From Octopus vulgaris (Eukaryota), in the NCBI GenBank assembly GCA_951406725.2, contig OX597834.1:46624001-46688000 (forward strand): a stretch of DNA of 64,000 bases, given 5' to 3'. Position 1 is the first letter of the stretch; the number at the start of each line of letters is the position of its first letter. Shown one piece after another: positions 12,427 through 24,788 of the stretch. Below the pieces are notes generated by a model. It saw only the letters and a program-made list of their open reading frames with translations. It had not been told where the DNA came from and did no database searches. Both the position numbers and the translations under genes were made by a program.

Positions 12427-12920
12427 TGTGTGTGTTTATAGTACTAGTTGCTGTGGTTGTGTTGTTGTTGCTGTTGTGTGTGTGTGTGTGTGTGTGTGTG
12501 TGCCGTTGTTCACTATTCTTTCAAGATTTCTCGCCAATAGAGAATGAGACGGTTTCTAACCTTCATTGGAATTTCAACATCAACAACAGAGTATTTTGGT
12601 ATGTATGTATGTGTGTGTATGTGTGTATGTATGTGTGTATGTATGTGTGTATGTATGTATGTATGTATGTATGTGTGTATGTATGCATGTATGTATGTGT
12701 GTATGTATGCATGTATGTATGTGTGTATGTATGTATGTATGTATGTATGTGTGTATGTATGCATGTATGTATGTGTGTATGTATGTATGTATGATGTATG
12801 TATGTATGTATGTATGTATGTATGTATGTATGTATGTATGTGTGTGTGTATGTACGTATGTATGTGTGTATGTATGCATGTATGTATGTGTGTATGCATG
12901 TATGTGTGTGAGTATGTATG
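12365..12920. repeat. (GT)n and (TATG)n compound microsatellite
   Basis: Directly visible. Confidence 0.9.
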
Positions 12921-13131
12921 TATACTCTTTTACTTGTTTCAATAATTTGACTGCGGCCATGCTGGAGCACCGCCTTTAGTCGAGCAAATCAACCCCAGGA
13001 CTTATTATTTGTAAGCCTAGTACTTATTCTATCGGTGTCTTTTGCCGAACCGCTAAGTTATGGGGACGTAAACACACCAGCATCGCTTGAGAAGTGATGT
13101 TGGGGGAACAAACACAGACACACAAACGTTT

Positions 13132-13289
<158 letters not shown>

Positions 13290-13372
13290 GTGAAAAGGAA
13301 CACACGAGTTGATATATATGAAAAAACAAGTCAAAAATAGAAAATGCTAAAATAATTTTATAGTGAACATTT

Positions 13373-13410
13373 CAGTACCGGTTTCGGTCATTTTGAGACC
13401 TTTTCAACTG
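13373..13410 (-). ncRNA. Minimal hammerhead, U3:A8 variant (left arm)
   Basis: Reverse complement is identical to 13694-13731. Confidence 0.65.
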
Positions 13411-13693
13411 TAACGATTAAATAATTAAATTTTGAAAAATTAGAAGAAAAGTTTTTTTAAAAGAATATTTCTATAGTAGTGTTCAGATTTAAGTGGCATT
13501 CTGTCCTTTCTCTGACTCCCTTGTTTGCACTTGTGTGTTGAAGGTCGTTGTGAGTTCTTGGTAGGGTAGTAGAGGAAGAAGGCTGGGAGTCAGAGAAAGG
13601 CAGAATGCCACTTAAATCTGAACACTACTATAGAAATATTCTTTTAAAAAAACTTTTCTTCTAATTTTTCAAAATTTAATTATTTAATCGTTA

Positions 13694-13731
13694 CAGTTGA
13701 AAAGGTCTCAAAATGACCGAAACCGGTACTG
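13694..13731 (+). ncRNA. Minimal hammerhead, U3:A8 variant (right arm)
   Basis: CAG-TTGAAAA-GGTC-TCAAAAT-GACC-GAAAC-CG-GTA-CTG. Confidence 0.65.
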
Positions 13732-13808
13732 AAATGTTCACTATAAAATTATTTTAGCATTTTCTATTTTTGACTTGTTTTTTCATATATATATATATAT
13801 ATACATAC

Positions 13809-13873
<65 letters not shown>

Positions 13874-15208
13874 CATACATATATATATATATATTGTATA
13901 TATATATATATATATATATATCTACATATATATATATATATACATACATACATACATACATTTATATATAAATGTCTACCAAATCCGCTCACATGGTTTT
14001 GGTTGGCCCGAGGCTATAGTAGAAGCCACTTGCCCAAGGTGCCACGCAGTGTCACTTAACCCTGAACCATGCGGTTGGTAAGCAAGCTACTTACCACACA
14101 GTCATTCCTGTATGTATGTATAAGAAAGAAATGCATAACTCGGAACACCTTTTGCCCAGTTGTTAATGTATGTTTCATTATTCGGCAACACCTGTCGTCA
14201 CACTACACGTGCAACTTATAGGAAATAGATGCAACTTATGGGTTAAGGCTATCACCTGTACAGCACTGGAGTAAACAATTAAGTAAAATAAGCACGTGCT
14301 AAGGTCATCAAGTGAAGTGGGGGAGGGGCGCCACAGAAATGGTAAATGGTTTAGGGCACAAAAGAAATCGCTTTAAACTTGCTAAAATAATATTCGGGAT
14401 CCGTTGTCTTTACTAAATATAGAAGCAGAGGTGTTATGTAAGATTAATTTTGAGGATATGATCAAAGGTGCTGCAATTAGGAGAAAACCTTTCAGATATA
14501 AATGAAATGGCAGTATACAAAAATAAACATTATTTTCTATCTTACGGTTAGTTTTATTTCATTTTGAAGAATAAAACTTTAGTTTATGGTTTATTATTGT
14601 TTATATTTTGAATTACATATATATGGGGTGGGGTGGGGTGGGGCACCAAAATCTTTAAAGTGCTTAGGACCTTTTATTCTTTCAGGATCAGTAAAATAAG
14701 AAACAATCGTGCTTATTTCATCGACCCCAAAAGAATGAAATGAAATTTAACCTCGGTGTTATTTGAACCTAAAGAGTCAAGACAAAATAACAAAACAAAC
14801 TGTGTCCAGCGCCCTAACGACTCTGTCAATACAACTCTTTACATTAAACCAATGTTTCCAAAACTTTTCGCGCCAAATTGCAATATCGACCACCTATCGG
14901 TCAAAAAATGCTCCATCGCCCACCTGTGTAAAAAAAAAACCTTCACACAAACCCACAAAATGCCCTAGACCTCCCACCCCCGTACCATTTGACAACCACA
15001 CTATATTGTAAACTCGTTGCCCTGTTAATACAGTTTGAACTAAATATGCGGTTGTTTACAAATCCCTTTTGTGGGTTTAATTTTGCTATTAGTGCCAATA
15101 AAAAATTGCCATTTCAACGATGCTTCAAGAAACTGTGATATTACTGAATGGGATCTTCTTCATAATGTTATTGGGTTTTTTTCGTACATAACGGTGTATG
15201 TGTACTTG

Positions 15209-15288
<80 letters not shown>

Positions 15289-15412
15289 TACACATACACA
15301 TGCGCACGCACACACACGTTGTTACCTTCAAATCTTTGAAATCTTTGAAGAAACGCCTATTCTCTCTCTTTCACTTTCTCTTTCTCTCTCTCTCACTCTC
15401 TCTCTCTCTCTA

Positions 15413-15480
<68 letters not shown>

Positions 15481-15609
15481 GTAATGGATATGCTACGTAT
15501 ATTTTCCGGCGGCTGCAACAGCGTGGTGGAGGAATTGAAACCGTAATCTTACGATTATAAGTTAACATCCGTAACTAAGCCACACGTCTCCACTTTTTTT
15601 ATATATACG

Positions 15610-15740
15610 ATCTACCAAATCCATTCAAGAAGTTTTGGTCGGCCCTGAGCTATATAGAAGAAGACACTTGCCCAAGTTACAACGCTGTAGAACTGAACTC
15701 GTGACCATGTAGCTGGGAAACGAACTGCTTACCACACGGG
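15610..15740 (-). mobile_element. Decayed SINE family A 5' half
   Basis: TCTACCAAATCC..GAAGACACTTGCCCAAG..CTTACCACAC. Confidence 0.7.
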
Positions 15741-16341
15741 GGAAAAAAATTCATTAAAATATGTCTATTTTTCTGAAAGTCAAAAGGAAACAAAATCTGT
15801 GGAGGTGAGCACACTTGTATTAGTATGTTTCTTTTTATTTTCTTTTTAAGTGCCATGTCCAGAATACAGGATCATGTCCTGTCACAATTCTCCGTTCCAC
15901 TTCCTGGTGTTTGATGCCTCTTTCTTCCAACTAGTTCGTGTAGATATATCTATTATAATTTTAGAACACAGTATATAACCAACCCATGGCGTAGAGTAGT
16001 TCTATCCGAACTTCTCAAATGCCTGACGGGTGCAGCATCTAGTCTGTGTTACTCAGTTATTCAACCGATGCCTTATCATCTTCCTTTGTGCGGTTTGTAT
16101 CACTGCTAAAAATAGACAAACTCCTATCGCTATTTATATTGTGATGTTATGTTAGAATGACCCCCGTATAGCGGTGGAATGTATCTTCGGGGGCTTATTT
16201 TAGAAACGTTTCTAGAGCGCTAACCGAATTATTGCTGGTGTTGATGAGCGTGTGCGTGCGTGATATATAAATATATTATGTAATATTATGTAATATCTCG
16301 GTTAGCGCACTGGATAAGTGTTACATACATACACATATGTG

Positions 16342-16372
<31 letters not shown>

Positions 16373-16521
16373 TACAGATAAATTCCTCTATTTACATAAT
16401 ATCGAGGTTTCTTTCATTCTTTTGTTGTCTTACCATTTCTATTAATATATATATATATATATATATTAAAGGCATTACAATACATAAATGCCTCACGCTA
16501 AGAGGGACTCTTAAAGTCAAA

Positions 16522-16600
<79 letters not shown>

Positions 16601-16741
16601 CGGAGATGTACTCGCATAGCAAGTAATTTGATCTGAGATCGTGTGCTGAAACGAAAACAATTGCAGCGTGGAAGGTGTTTATAAGCCATTTAAGAAACAC
16701 ACAAAAGCCGTTCGATTCACTTCAACATTTAAGTTTAATTT

Positions 16742-16785
16742 GTCAAAATATTTTCGTCGCTAAAATCCGCGACCTGTTCACTGAC
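16742..16785 (-). ncRNA. Minimal hammerhead, G3:C8 variant
   Basis: Minus strand reads GTCA-GTGAACA-G-GTCGC-GGATTTTA-GCGAC-GAAA-ATAT-TT-TGAC; lies in a ~200-bp module bounded by (TA)n. Confidence 0.6.
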
Positions 16786-17734
16786 AAAAATCCGTGCTAT
16801 ATATATATACTATATACATACGATTACTACCGTAGCTGGGGGGGGGGCGGTAGGGACGGTCCTGGACTGCACTTTTAAAGGGGCACCTCTTTTGGGTTTG
16901 CTATGGTAGACAATATATGATTTTTGTGGGGTCCGGGGGCGGCAATCACTGTAACTTCTCTAGTGCAAACGACAGGGTACAGAAAAGTTGCTAGGGTTTT
17001 GGGTAAAAGAAAATACGGGAGGAGGATCAGTTTATTCAAGATTCAACCTCTCAGATTCACACACTTATTGCAGTGGTCCATTAGTTTTTTCCAAGTCCTG
17101 TAAAAGAACTTGGAAGTTTGGACTTCGAAACCAGGACTTTTGCGAAGCCTTTAAAGTCAGGAACTTTTCAACGCCCCCTTGTATATCGATATACTTATAT
17201 AATATACAATATACATAGTATGTGTGCGTGTGTGTGTGTGTATGTATGTATGTACGTACGTATGTATGTATAAATACACAACCCCCATCTCCAAATCCCC
17301 CCCTGCACCCACATGCACTAGTGTCCTCTAAGGAGGGTGAAGAGAGATGCGGTGTGCAAACACCATATTTAGACTAACACATGTGTTTAAACATTATAAA
17401 TATAACTGACAGCTAATAGCTGGGGTACGGGTACAGGTACGGCTACGTGTGTGTGTAACAAATTATATGCCGAAAATGAAGTATATATACATACATACAT
17501 ACATACACATAAACACATGCGGCTTTATGTTTGTACTTGTGTATATGTGTACAATGTATATGTGTGCCTGTCTGTCTTTGGGTTTGTTTGTCCCACCGCC
17601 ATCGCTTGACCATAGGTGTTGGTCTGTTTACATCTCGTTAGCTTCGCCTTTTTGCAAAATAAACTAACAAAAATACCACTTTAAAAATAAGCGTGCATGT
17701 GTGTGTCTGTATATATACATACATACATACACAT

Positions 17735-17948
<214 letters not shown>

Positions 17949-18259
17949 ATGTATATATATATATATATAAATCGAAGTGTACTGTATTATATATTCATTC
18001 TGGCCGATCTTACCAAATCGGTTTCACACTAGAGATTCAACGGAGTGTTAAGTTATGATCTGATTGTGCAACCCTGCGGTCTTCAGGGTCGCCGTTATAG
18101 AATAAAATGTTTGGTGGGGGGTATGCATGTTTGTGTGTGTGTTCTCCATCACCATCGCCTCACAATAGGTATTAGTTTGTTTACGTCCAGATAAGTACTT
18201 ATGTCAATTTGTTCGATTGAACCCCTTCAAGGTATTGTCCCAGCATGCAATATATATGT

Positions 18260-21200
18260 AGGTTCCATCCACCCACACCTAACCCCACTGCCCCTCCCAA
18301 CAACCCCCTACACACCTCCCAAATCCCTCCCCCTCAGACCTCCACCAGCCCTACCACCCCTCCTACTTCCATTCCATCCACCCCTCATACTTCTATTCCA
18401 CCCACCCCTTCTCCACTTCCGTCTGTTGTTACCATTCCCCCCGATCTTCCCCTCTCTGCGGCGGAACGCTCCGTCCTTAGTAGGGGTCTGCGTTTCATCC
18501 CCCTCACTCCATCCTGTAAGGAATTCCAGACGCGAGCTGATGTCCACAGCTTTGTGCGCCGCGTCCGGTTGGGTGCGCATTTCCGCGACTCACCACCCGC
18601 ATCCAACGATGAGGACTGCTTCACTGACCTGGGCCGCCGACCATCCCCGTGGACGCCTGCCCCCGGCCAGTTCATAGCAGTGGATCTTTTCGCGGGCGCC
18701 TGTCAGCGTGCGTTGGAGCGGTTCAACTTCTCCAGGCGCCAACGCCGCCTTAACATCTCCCCGGCCGAACTCTCGGCTCTTCGTTCCCTCCAACGGCGCG
18801 CTGACATTATCATCAAACCGGCTGACAAGGGTGGAACTGTGGTGGTGTGGCGCGCGGACCTCTACAGGGCCGAGGCTCTCCGCCAACTCAATGACACCTC
18901 CTTCTACTCCCCTCTGTCCTCTAACTCCACACGTAGCTACCAACAGACGGTATCCTCTACTGTCCACGACCTCATCTCGTCCTCCCGTCTCCCCCACACC
19001 GCATCCAACCTAATTGTGCGAACCCCACGCACCCCCACCATTTACTTCCTCCCCAAAATCCACAAACCCAACAACCCTGGCCGCCCCATCGTCTCCGCCT
19101 GTAACTGCCCCACGGAGCTCATCTCTAAATACCTCAACCGTGTCCTTGCCCCCCTAGCGGCATCTCTTCCCTCCCACATCCACGATACCAACCATGCTCT
19201 CCGGCTTTTCAGCTCTTTCTCCTTTCCTCCCGGCTCCTCCAAAATCCTTTTTACTATGGACATCCAGAGCCTCTATACCGTTATCCCTCACCACGAAGGA
19301 CTGCGGGCACTTCAACACTTTCTCGACCTCCGCCCCAACCCTGAACCTGACACCCCCACACTCATTCGTCTGGCCGAACTTGTCCTTACTCTCAACTGCT
19401 TCTCGTTCACGGGCGAGTTCTACCATCAGGTCTCGGGAGTGGCCATGGGAACGTGAATGGGCCCCAACTATGCGAACCTGTTCGTTGGCTATGTTGAGGC
19501 CCAAATATTCTCTAATTTCACTGGTCCCACTCCTGAACTATGCGGTCGTTACATTGACGACATTATCGGTGCCACCTCACTCTCCCTTGAACATCTAGAT
19601 TCCTTCCTCTCTTTCGTTCAATCCTTCCATCCAGCCCTCCACTTCACCTCCACTATCTCCAACACCTCTGTCTCCTTCCTCGACATTTCGGTCAGCATTC
19701 ATCACTCCACTCTTACCACCTCCATTCACTACAAACACACATACTCACACTCATACCTCAACTTCTCTTCCTCCCACCCAAAACACACCAAGCTTTCCAT
19801 CCCCTATTCCCAATTCCTCCGTCTACGTAGGATCTGTAGTGACGACCATGACTTTGAGACTCAGTCTCAACGTATGGCTCACCACTTCATCCTACGTGGA
19901 TACCCCCTCACCACTATCCACACCGCCCTTGCCAGAGCACGTTCCGTAGACCGTGCATCTGCTCTCTCTCCCCGAACCCGCCCTGTAGTCTCCCGCCTCC
20001 CTTTTCCCCTCACTTACCACCCCACGACCCTACCTCTCCAACGCACCATTCTTCGAGCTTTCCGGCATCTCTAGTCCGACCCATCCACTTCACATCTCTT
20101 CCCTAACCGACCCCTCCCCTCCTTCAAACGAGCCCATAATCTGCGAGACCTTTTGGTCCATAGCTCCTTCCCTGACCTTACCTCCCAACCTGGCTCGTTC
20201 CCCTGCTCCCGCCCACGTTACCGCACTTGCCCTTACCTCTCCAACACCACCCTCCTCACTGGCACCCATCATCGACCCTATCGCATCATCAACTCCTTCA
20301 CCTGCACCTCCAGCAATATCATCTATTGCGTCTCTTGCTCTCTCTCTGCCATTCCCTGTACATCGGACAAACGGGACGCCGCTTGGCTGACCGGTTCGCG
20401 GAACACCTCCGTGACATCCGCCTTGCCAACGACACACCGGTCTCACGCCATTTCCGCTCCACCGGTCACTCCTTGCAACACCTGTCTGTGTTCGGTTTGT
20501 CCTTGCACAGAGGCCATCCGGATTCCCGTTTGCGCCGTGAACAGGAATTAATCTTCTCTCTTTGCTCTTTTACGCCATTTGGTCTCAACTCCCCCCCTCA
20601 TCTAACCCCCCTCTTCCCCTCCTCATCTCCCCCCCGACCCCTACTTCTCTTCAGTCCTTCATCCTTTCACCCCTACTCCCTTTCCCTCCTCTTCCCTTCT
20701 TCCCTCTTTCTTCTTCCCTCTTTCCCTTTTTCTCTCTGCTCCCTCACTCCCCTTCTCTCTCCCTCTTCCCCTCTCCCTCTATCCTCACTCCTCCTCTCCC
20801 CTCCTCTTCTCCTCTCCTTCCTTCTCCCCCCTCCCCTTCCCCATCATCTCATCTCATCTCACCCTCACCACCCCTCCTTCTTTCCTTCTTCCCCCTCTCC
20901 CCTTCTCCCTCCTCTTCTCCACTTTCCTTTTCCCCTCCTCTTTCCTTTTCCCCTCTTCCTCTCTCACACTCTCCCCCTCCCCGCTCATCTCTCCTCTCCT
21001 CTCTCTCCCCCTTACCGCCTCCTCCCCTTTATCTCCTTCCTACTTCTCCCCTCTCCCCCTCATCTCATCTCTCTACACTACACCATACGACTTTACACAT
21101 CACATCATATATACATACACACGTCCAGACCTCTCATACGCACTACATACTCTCTCATACACACACACACTCTTATGTTGGGGCGAGGTCATTTAACCCT

Positions 21201-21475
21201 GTTATCTCCCCTAATTTCGCTCTTGCGTCTCACGTTTGATCTTTGACTTCTGACCGAAATCAGATCGCCATGTTGATTCGCTAACTTCTGCACGCATTTT
21301 TTTCCTCTCCTTGTTTCTTTCTGTGTTTCTTTTCTGTGTATCTTCTTGTTGAAGAGCGTAGGCTCGAAACGTAAAAGACTTTTTTTATTTATATTCCTGA
21401 GCGCCATACTAATACAATTGTTTGTTTGTATTCCACCTGCCTTCGTCTTTTGTTTATTTTCATAAAGCTTCCCGT
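18260..21475 (+). mobile_element. Penelope-like retroelement, 5'-truncated
   Basis: RT plus GIY-YIG coding region, C/T-rich 3' tract, terminal repeat with hammerhead-like motif, ending at (TA)n. Confidence 0.92.
18420..20590 (+). pseudogene. Penelope RT and GIY-YIG endonuclease (2 stops, 1 frameshift)
   Basis: LSRGLRFIP, KPADKGG, FLPKIHK..GRPIVS, TMDIQSLYT, GVAMGT*MGPNYANLF, RYIDD, SFLD; CSRPRYRTC linker; IYCVSC..LYIGQTGRRLADRFAEH..GLN. Stops at 19454 and 20072, frameshift near 20345. Confidence 0.92.
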
Positions 21476-21524
<49 letters not shown>

Positions 21525-21528
<4 letters not shown>

Positions 21529-22705
21529 ACGGTTTGGCTAGTGCAGTGTTTCTTGGTGACCCACTTTGTGGGTATGGTGCCGGCATGTCTGGAAGAAAAG
21601 TGACAGTCCTTTGTTTAATGGGAGACTGATGGCTTTTGGATGGACCTTTCTGGCCTTGTGCGGTCGATTAGAGGTCGTTCTAAACACCCCTTGAAGAAGA
21701 GGAAGGAAAGTAGTGAGAGAGATAGAGTATAAGGCTAAGGGACAGATGTGAGGAAGAATTAGCAGTGAGAGAGGATGAGGGGGCAGAGAAGAACAGGCAG
21801 AGAGTATGGTAGAGCTGTCATGAGAGGGTGATGGGCAGCAGGCGATAGAGACAGAGTAAGGAATCAGAGAGCAGATAGAAAGGCTATAAGCGGTAGAGAC
21901 AGAGGGAGATGAGGGAGTGGAAGTCAGGACAAGGAAGTGAGGTCTTGGGCAGTTGGGAGTCGGTCGTCAGAGAACACAGACGGATCTTGGAGGTCGGCAA
22001 GGAGTTGGAATTTTAGGAGCAAGTTGGGATGCGAGAGAACTTGGCGGCACAGAAGGGAATATGTACAGAGGAATAAGCGGTACGGAGAGATGGAGTGCGG
22101 AATGGGACACTGGCGATTCTAATTAGGAATTAAGGTATTTGATTGTGTATTGATACGAGTCACGGTGTATTGAACAGTGAAAAGAACAGTCAAGGACTTG
22201 TCGATATGTCGATTATCGAGTTGTGGTATTTATGTTCAGAATTGTGTTGATATGTGTAGAAAAAGATTATAAAGAACTGTGAACGTTATCTGTTGATGTG
22301 ATTTGGAAAAAGAACTGTGTCTTCGGACGTGTACCTTTGAAATACTGTATATGACTTGTTGTGTCTCCGGACTGATATATTGTTACATGCATGTTGTTAA
22401 ATGCTTTGATCTGTGGTATACCCGTATGATGTATTGATTTGTTGTTTGCCTTAAATGCTTTGATGTTGTAACCATTAATTGTCATATAAACTGTTGTTAA
22501 ATATAAGCCAGTGTTGCCGTTTTGCCTTGCCTCTTTTGGTGTCTCTCTCGGGTTGTGCCTCTGTATCTCTGTTGCCTTGCTGCGGTTGTTGTTGTTGTGT
22601 CTCTCCTCTCCTCTCTCCGACGAGTTTCCGTGGCGGGAATATTCGCTGATCGAATCGGGCCTGTCTGAGGGATTCCGTACAGTTTTCGGAGGTCCCCTCG
22701 TAACA
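21525..22705 (+). repeat. 5' LTR (1181 bp)
   Basis: Termini TGTTACG...CGTAACA (7-bp inverted repeat, TG..CA); first 102 bp repeated at 24687-24788. Confidence 0.9.
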
Positions 22706-22707
22706 AC

Positions 22708-22725
22708 TGGTGTCAGAAGTGGGAT
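22708..22725 (+). promoter_or_regulatory. Primer-binding site complementary to tRNA-Leu(CAA) 3' end
   Basis: TGGTGTCAGAAGTGGGAT, 2 nt after the LTR, is the complement of the ...ATCCCACTTCTGACACCA end of metazoan tRNA-Leu(CAA). Confidence 0.85.
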
Positions 22726-22761
22726 GTCCTGATTGCTGCGTTTCGATCGGCTTTTGTCGCT

Positions 22762-24141
22762 ATGGATTTGTCTGGTTGTCAGACCGGAGACGGGGAGATT
22801 TCGCTTGCCCTGATTGTGGAGATGTTGAGGGGCCAGATGGCACAGACAGACGCATTCTTAGAAAGAATGGACAAGAGGCGACAGGGCCTGTGGGCAGATC
22901 AGCAGGAGCTTGAGGTTGCGGAGGGGTCAGCTTTGGAGGATCGGTGTTGGACCGGGGATAGCGACGGTCTTGTGGGCAGAGATTGCCCGTCGAACGAAGC
23001 ATCGAGTGAAACAGATAGTGAAGGAAGTGTTGCGGAACCTGGGTTGGTTGCCGAAATCTGTGATGCTGGACCGGTAGTGCTTGCGGAAACTGAAGCGTAT
23101 GTTGCTGAGCCCGATGTTAAGGAAACCGAAAAGCCTGTTGAAGGTGTTATGGCTGATGCTGTTGTTCCGTGTCTGGGGCCCTTGGCATCTCGACCCCTGT
23201 CTCTCGGAGCTCGGGACGAAGAGCTGACGAGGTCTGGGGCGGATGTCGCTGAATCCGAGGTTCCGGCTCTGTGTGTGATGGTCGCGGCAGGTGTTGTGCC
23301 GTGTGCGGGTCCTTTGGTGTCTGGGCCCCTGTCTCTTGGGGCCCAGAAGGACTGTATGGTTCCCACTGTGGAGAGGCCACAGGCGTGGATGGACTGGCGA
23401 CCGAGCGTGCGTGTTGTGAGGCCTGCGGTGCGGAAGCTGGTGAGGAAAAGGACCAGGCCCGTTGACGAGGCGAGACGGCTGCGAACGGTGGTGGGTCCAC
23501 CGAGACCAGGAAGACCGCTTCAGCGTTGGGTGAGCTTTGTGGTTGATGGCTGCTTGGGGCCGGTGGAGCCCGTCAGGCAGTGCATAGTAAAAGCTCGATT
23601 GAGGGTCGGGTGGACCCTAGTGGAAGCAGAAGCTGGCGGAGCGCTGGCTGGGTCGGCCGATCTTTTGGAAGTGGCACAGGCGATTTGTGGAAGGCAAATC
23701 GAGGAATCGTGCCAGATGGCGAACCAGTGGTGGGGCCAGTTCTGCCGATACGGCAACGCAGTTGAAGGAGTTGGTGGCCCACTGATGCAGTTGAGGAAGC
23801 GGTCCGCAAGGAGTCGCTGGTGCTTGATTGGCACTCGGGTGAGCTCTGTATTCGATGGTTGCGTGGGGCCGGTGGAGCCCGACATGCAGTGCAGAGTAGG
23901 AGCTCAATTGAGGGTCGGCTGGACCCTGGTGGAGGCAGAATTTGACAGAGCGCTGGTTGGGTCGGCCGATTTATTGAAGGCTGCGCAGGCGATTTGCAGA
24001 GGGCGAATCGTGGAACTGCGCCGGACGGTGAACCAGCGGCGGGGTCAGTTCTGCCGGTGCAGTGATGCAGTTAAAGGAGATCGTGGTCCGCTGATGCAGT
24101 TGCGGAAGAAGCAACCGTTGGTGAGGAGCGCAGGACGTTGA
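22762..24141 (+). CDS. LTR-element ORF (459 aa) with internal duplications, no recognisable capsid or CCHC motif
   Basis: ATG 36 nt after the PBS; ~100-aa segment duplicated (DGCxGPVEP..LRVGWTLVEAE..GPLMQLRK) plus a 22-aa duplication. Confidence 0.6.
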   Translation: MDLSGCQTGDGEISLALIVEMLRGQMAQTDAFLERMDKRRQGLWADQQELEVAEGSALEDRCWTGDSDGLVGRDCPSNEASSETDSEGSVAEPGLVAEICDAGPVVLAETEAYVAEPDVKETEKPVEGVMADAVVPCLGPLASRPLSLGARDEELTRSGADVAESEVPALCVMVAAGVVPCAGPLVSGPLSLGAQKDCMVPTVERPQAWMDWRPSVRVVRPAVRKLVRKRTRPVDEARRLRTVVGPPRPGRPLQRWVSFVVDGCLGPVEPVRQCIVKARLRVGWTLVEAEAGGALAGSADLLEVAQAICGRQIEESCQMANQWWGQFCRYGNAVEGVGGPLMQLRKRSARSRWCLIGTRVSSVFDGCVGPVEPDMQCRVGAQLRVGWTLVEAEFDRALVGSADLLKAAQAICRGRIVELRRTVNQRRGQFCRCSDAVKGDRGPLMQLRKKQPLVRSAGR

Positions 24142-24150
24142 TCGCGAAGG

Positions 24151-24675
24151 TTGTCAGATGTTGGTCGCGCGAACATGGCGGAGTGCTTCATCAACCAAGG
24201 CGGTCGTCGCTTGAGGAAGCAGCGAGGCCGGAGGAAGGTTCCAGTACAGCAGCGCAAGAGGAGATATCGGCGACAGAGAACAGCGAAAGGGCGGAACGGT
24301 CCCTGGTCGTCGGCGATAATTGCGCGGAATGGGGATGGCACAGCGAGGTGCTACGTGGGATATAGAGCCCTGAGGAAGGTGGCCACTGTGAAGGATTGGC
24401 CGGACCCTGCCTGTGTAAGGGATTTGAGGAACTTCCTCGGACGGTGCGCCTATTGTGGGCGGCTAGTAGGAAGCCTGGCGGCCTTGGCGGAGGTGTTACC
24501 CAAGCCGCAGAGGGAAGGTGCCAACCTGTGGCTGGTGCTGAAGTGGTGGCCGTGGGAGGTGAGACCCCCTGAGGAGAAACCACCCAAGAGGACCTCCAGT
24601 TCCTGGAGCGTCTGCTGGAGCTCGCCCTCGGAGCTGCGGGTTTGTTATGCTTTTATCGGGTCGAACAAAGCTTAG
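24151..24675 (+). pseudogene. Collapsed Gypsy pol remnant (RT N-terminus fused to post-RT connection region)
   Basis: GPWSSAIIARNGDGTARCYVGYRAL (cf. SPWSSPVV..KDG..RFCVDYRxLN) joined directly to KVATVKDWPDP..DLRNFLG..Y; no YxDD, RNase H or integrase. Confidence 0.75.
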
Positions 24676-24788
24676 GTAGGGGGTAGTGTTACGGTTTGGC
24701 TAGTGCAGTGTTTCTTGGTGACCCACTTTGTGGGTATGGTGCCGGCATGTCTGGAAGAAAAGTGACAGTCCTTTGTTTAATGGGAGAC
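24675..24788 (+). repeat. Polypurine tract (24675-24686) and truncated 3' LTR (24687-24788)
   Basis: AGGTAGGGGGTAG followed by TGTTACGGTTTGGC..., identical to the start of the 5' LTR. Confidence 0.88.

Larger units (their letters stand above)
13312..13793. repeat. Near-perfect palindrome (~209-bp arms, 64-bp spacer), Penelope-type inverted termini
   Basis: 13312-13520 is the reverse complement of 13585-13793 with about one indel; flanked by (TA)n. Confidence 0.92.
21525..24788 (+). mobile_element. Non-autonomous Gypsy-type LTR retrotransposon, 3' LTR truncated
   Basis: 5' LTR, PBS, two ORFs with pol remnants, polypurine tract, and 102 bp of identical 3' LTR. Confidence 0.9.

Noticed and set aside
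14851-15003. hAT/Charlie-like MITE
   Set aside because: Termini only loosely resemble CAGTGTTTCCCAA-type TIRs and no TSD was found.
15850-16110. Possible minus-strand host exon
   Set aside because: Stops in the frames examined; IQTAQRKMIR and WKKEA look more like a decayed LINE C-terminus, too weak to call. A similar case is 52440-52760.
20562-21246. Long Pro/Ser/Leu ORFs after the GIY-YIG domain
   Set aside because: Read-through into a polypyrimidine tract that lacks stops; no domain content.
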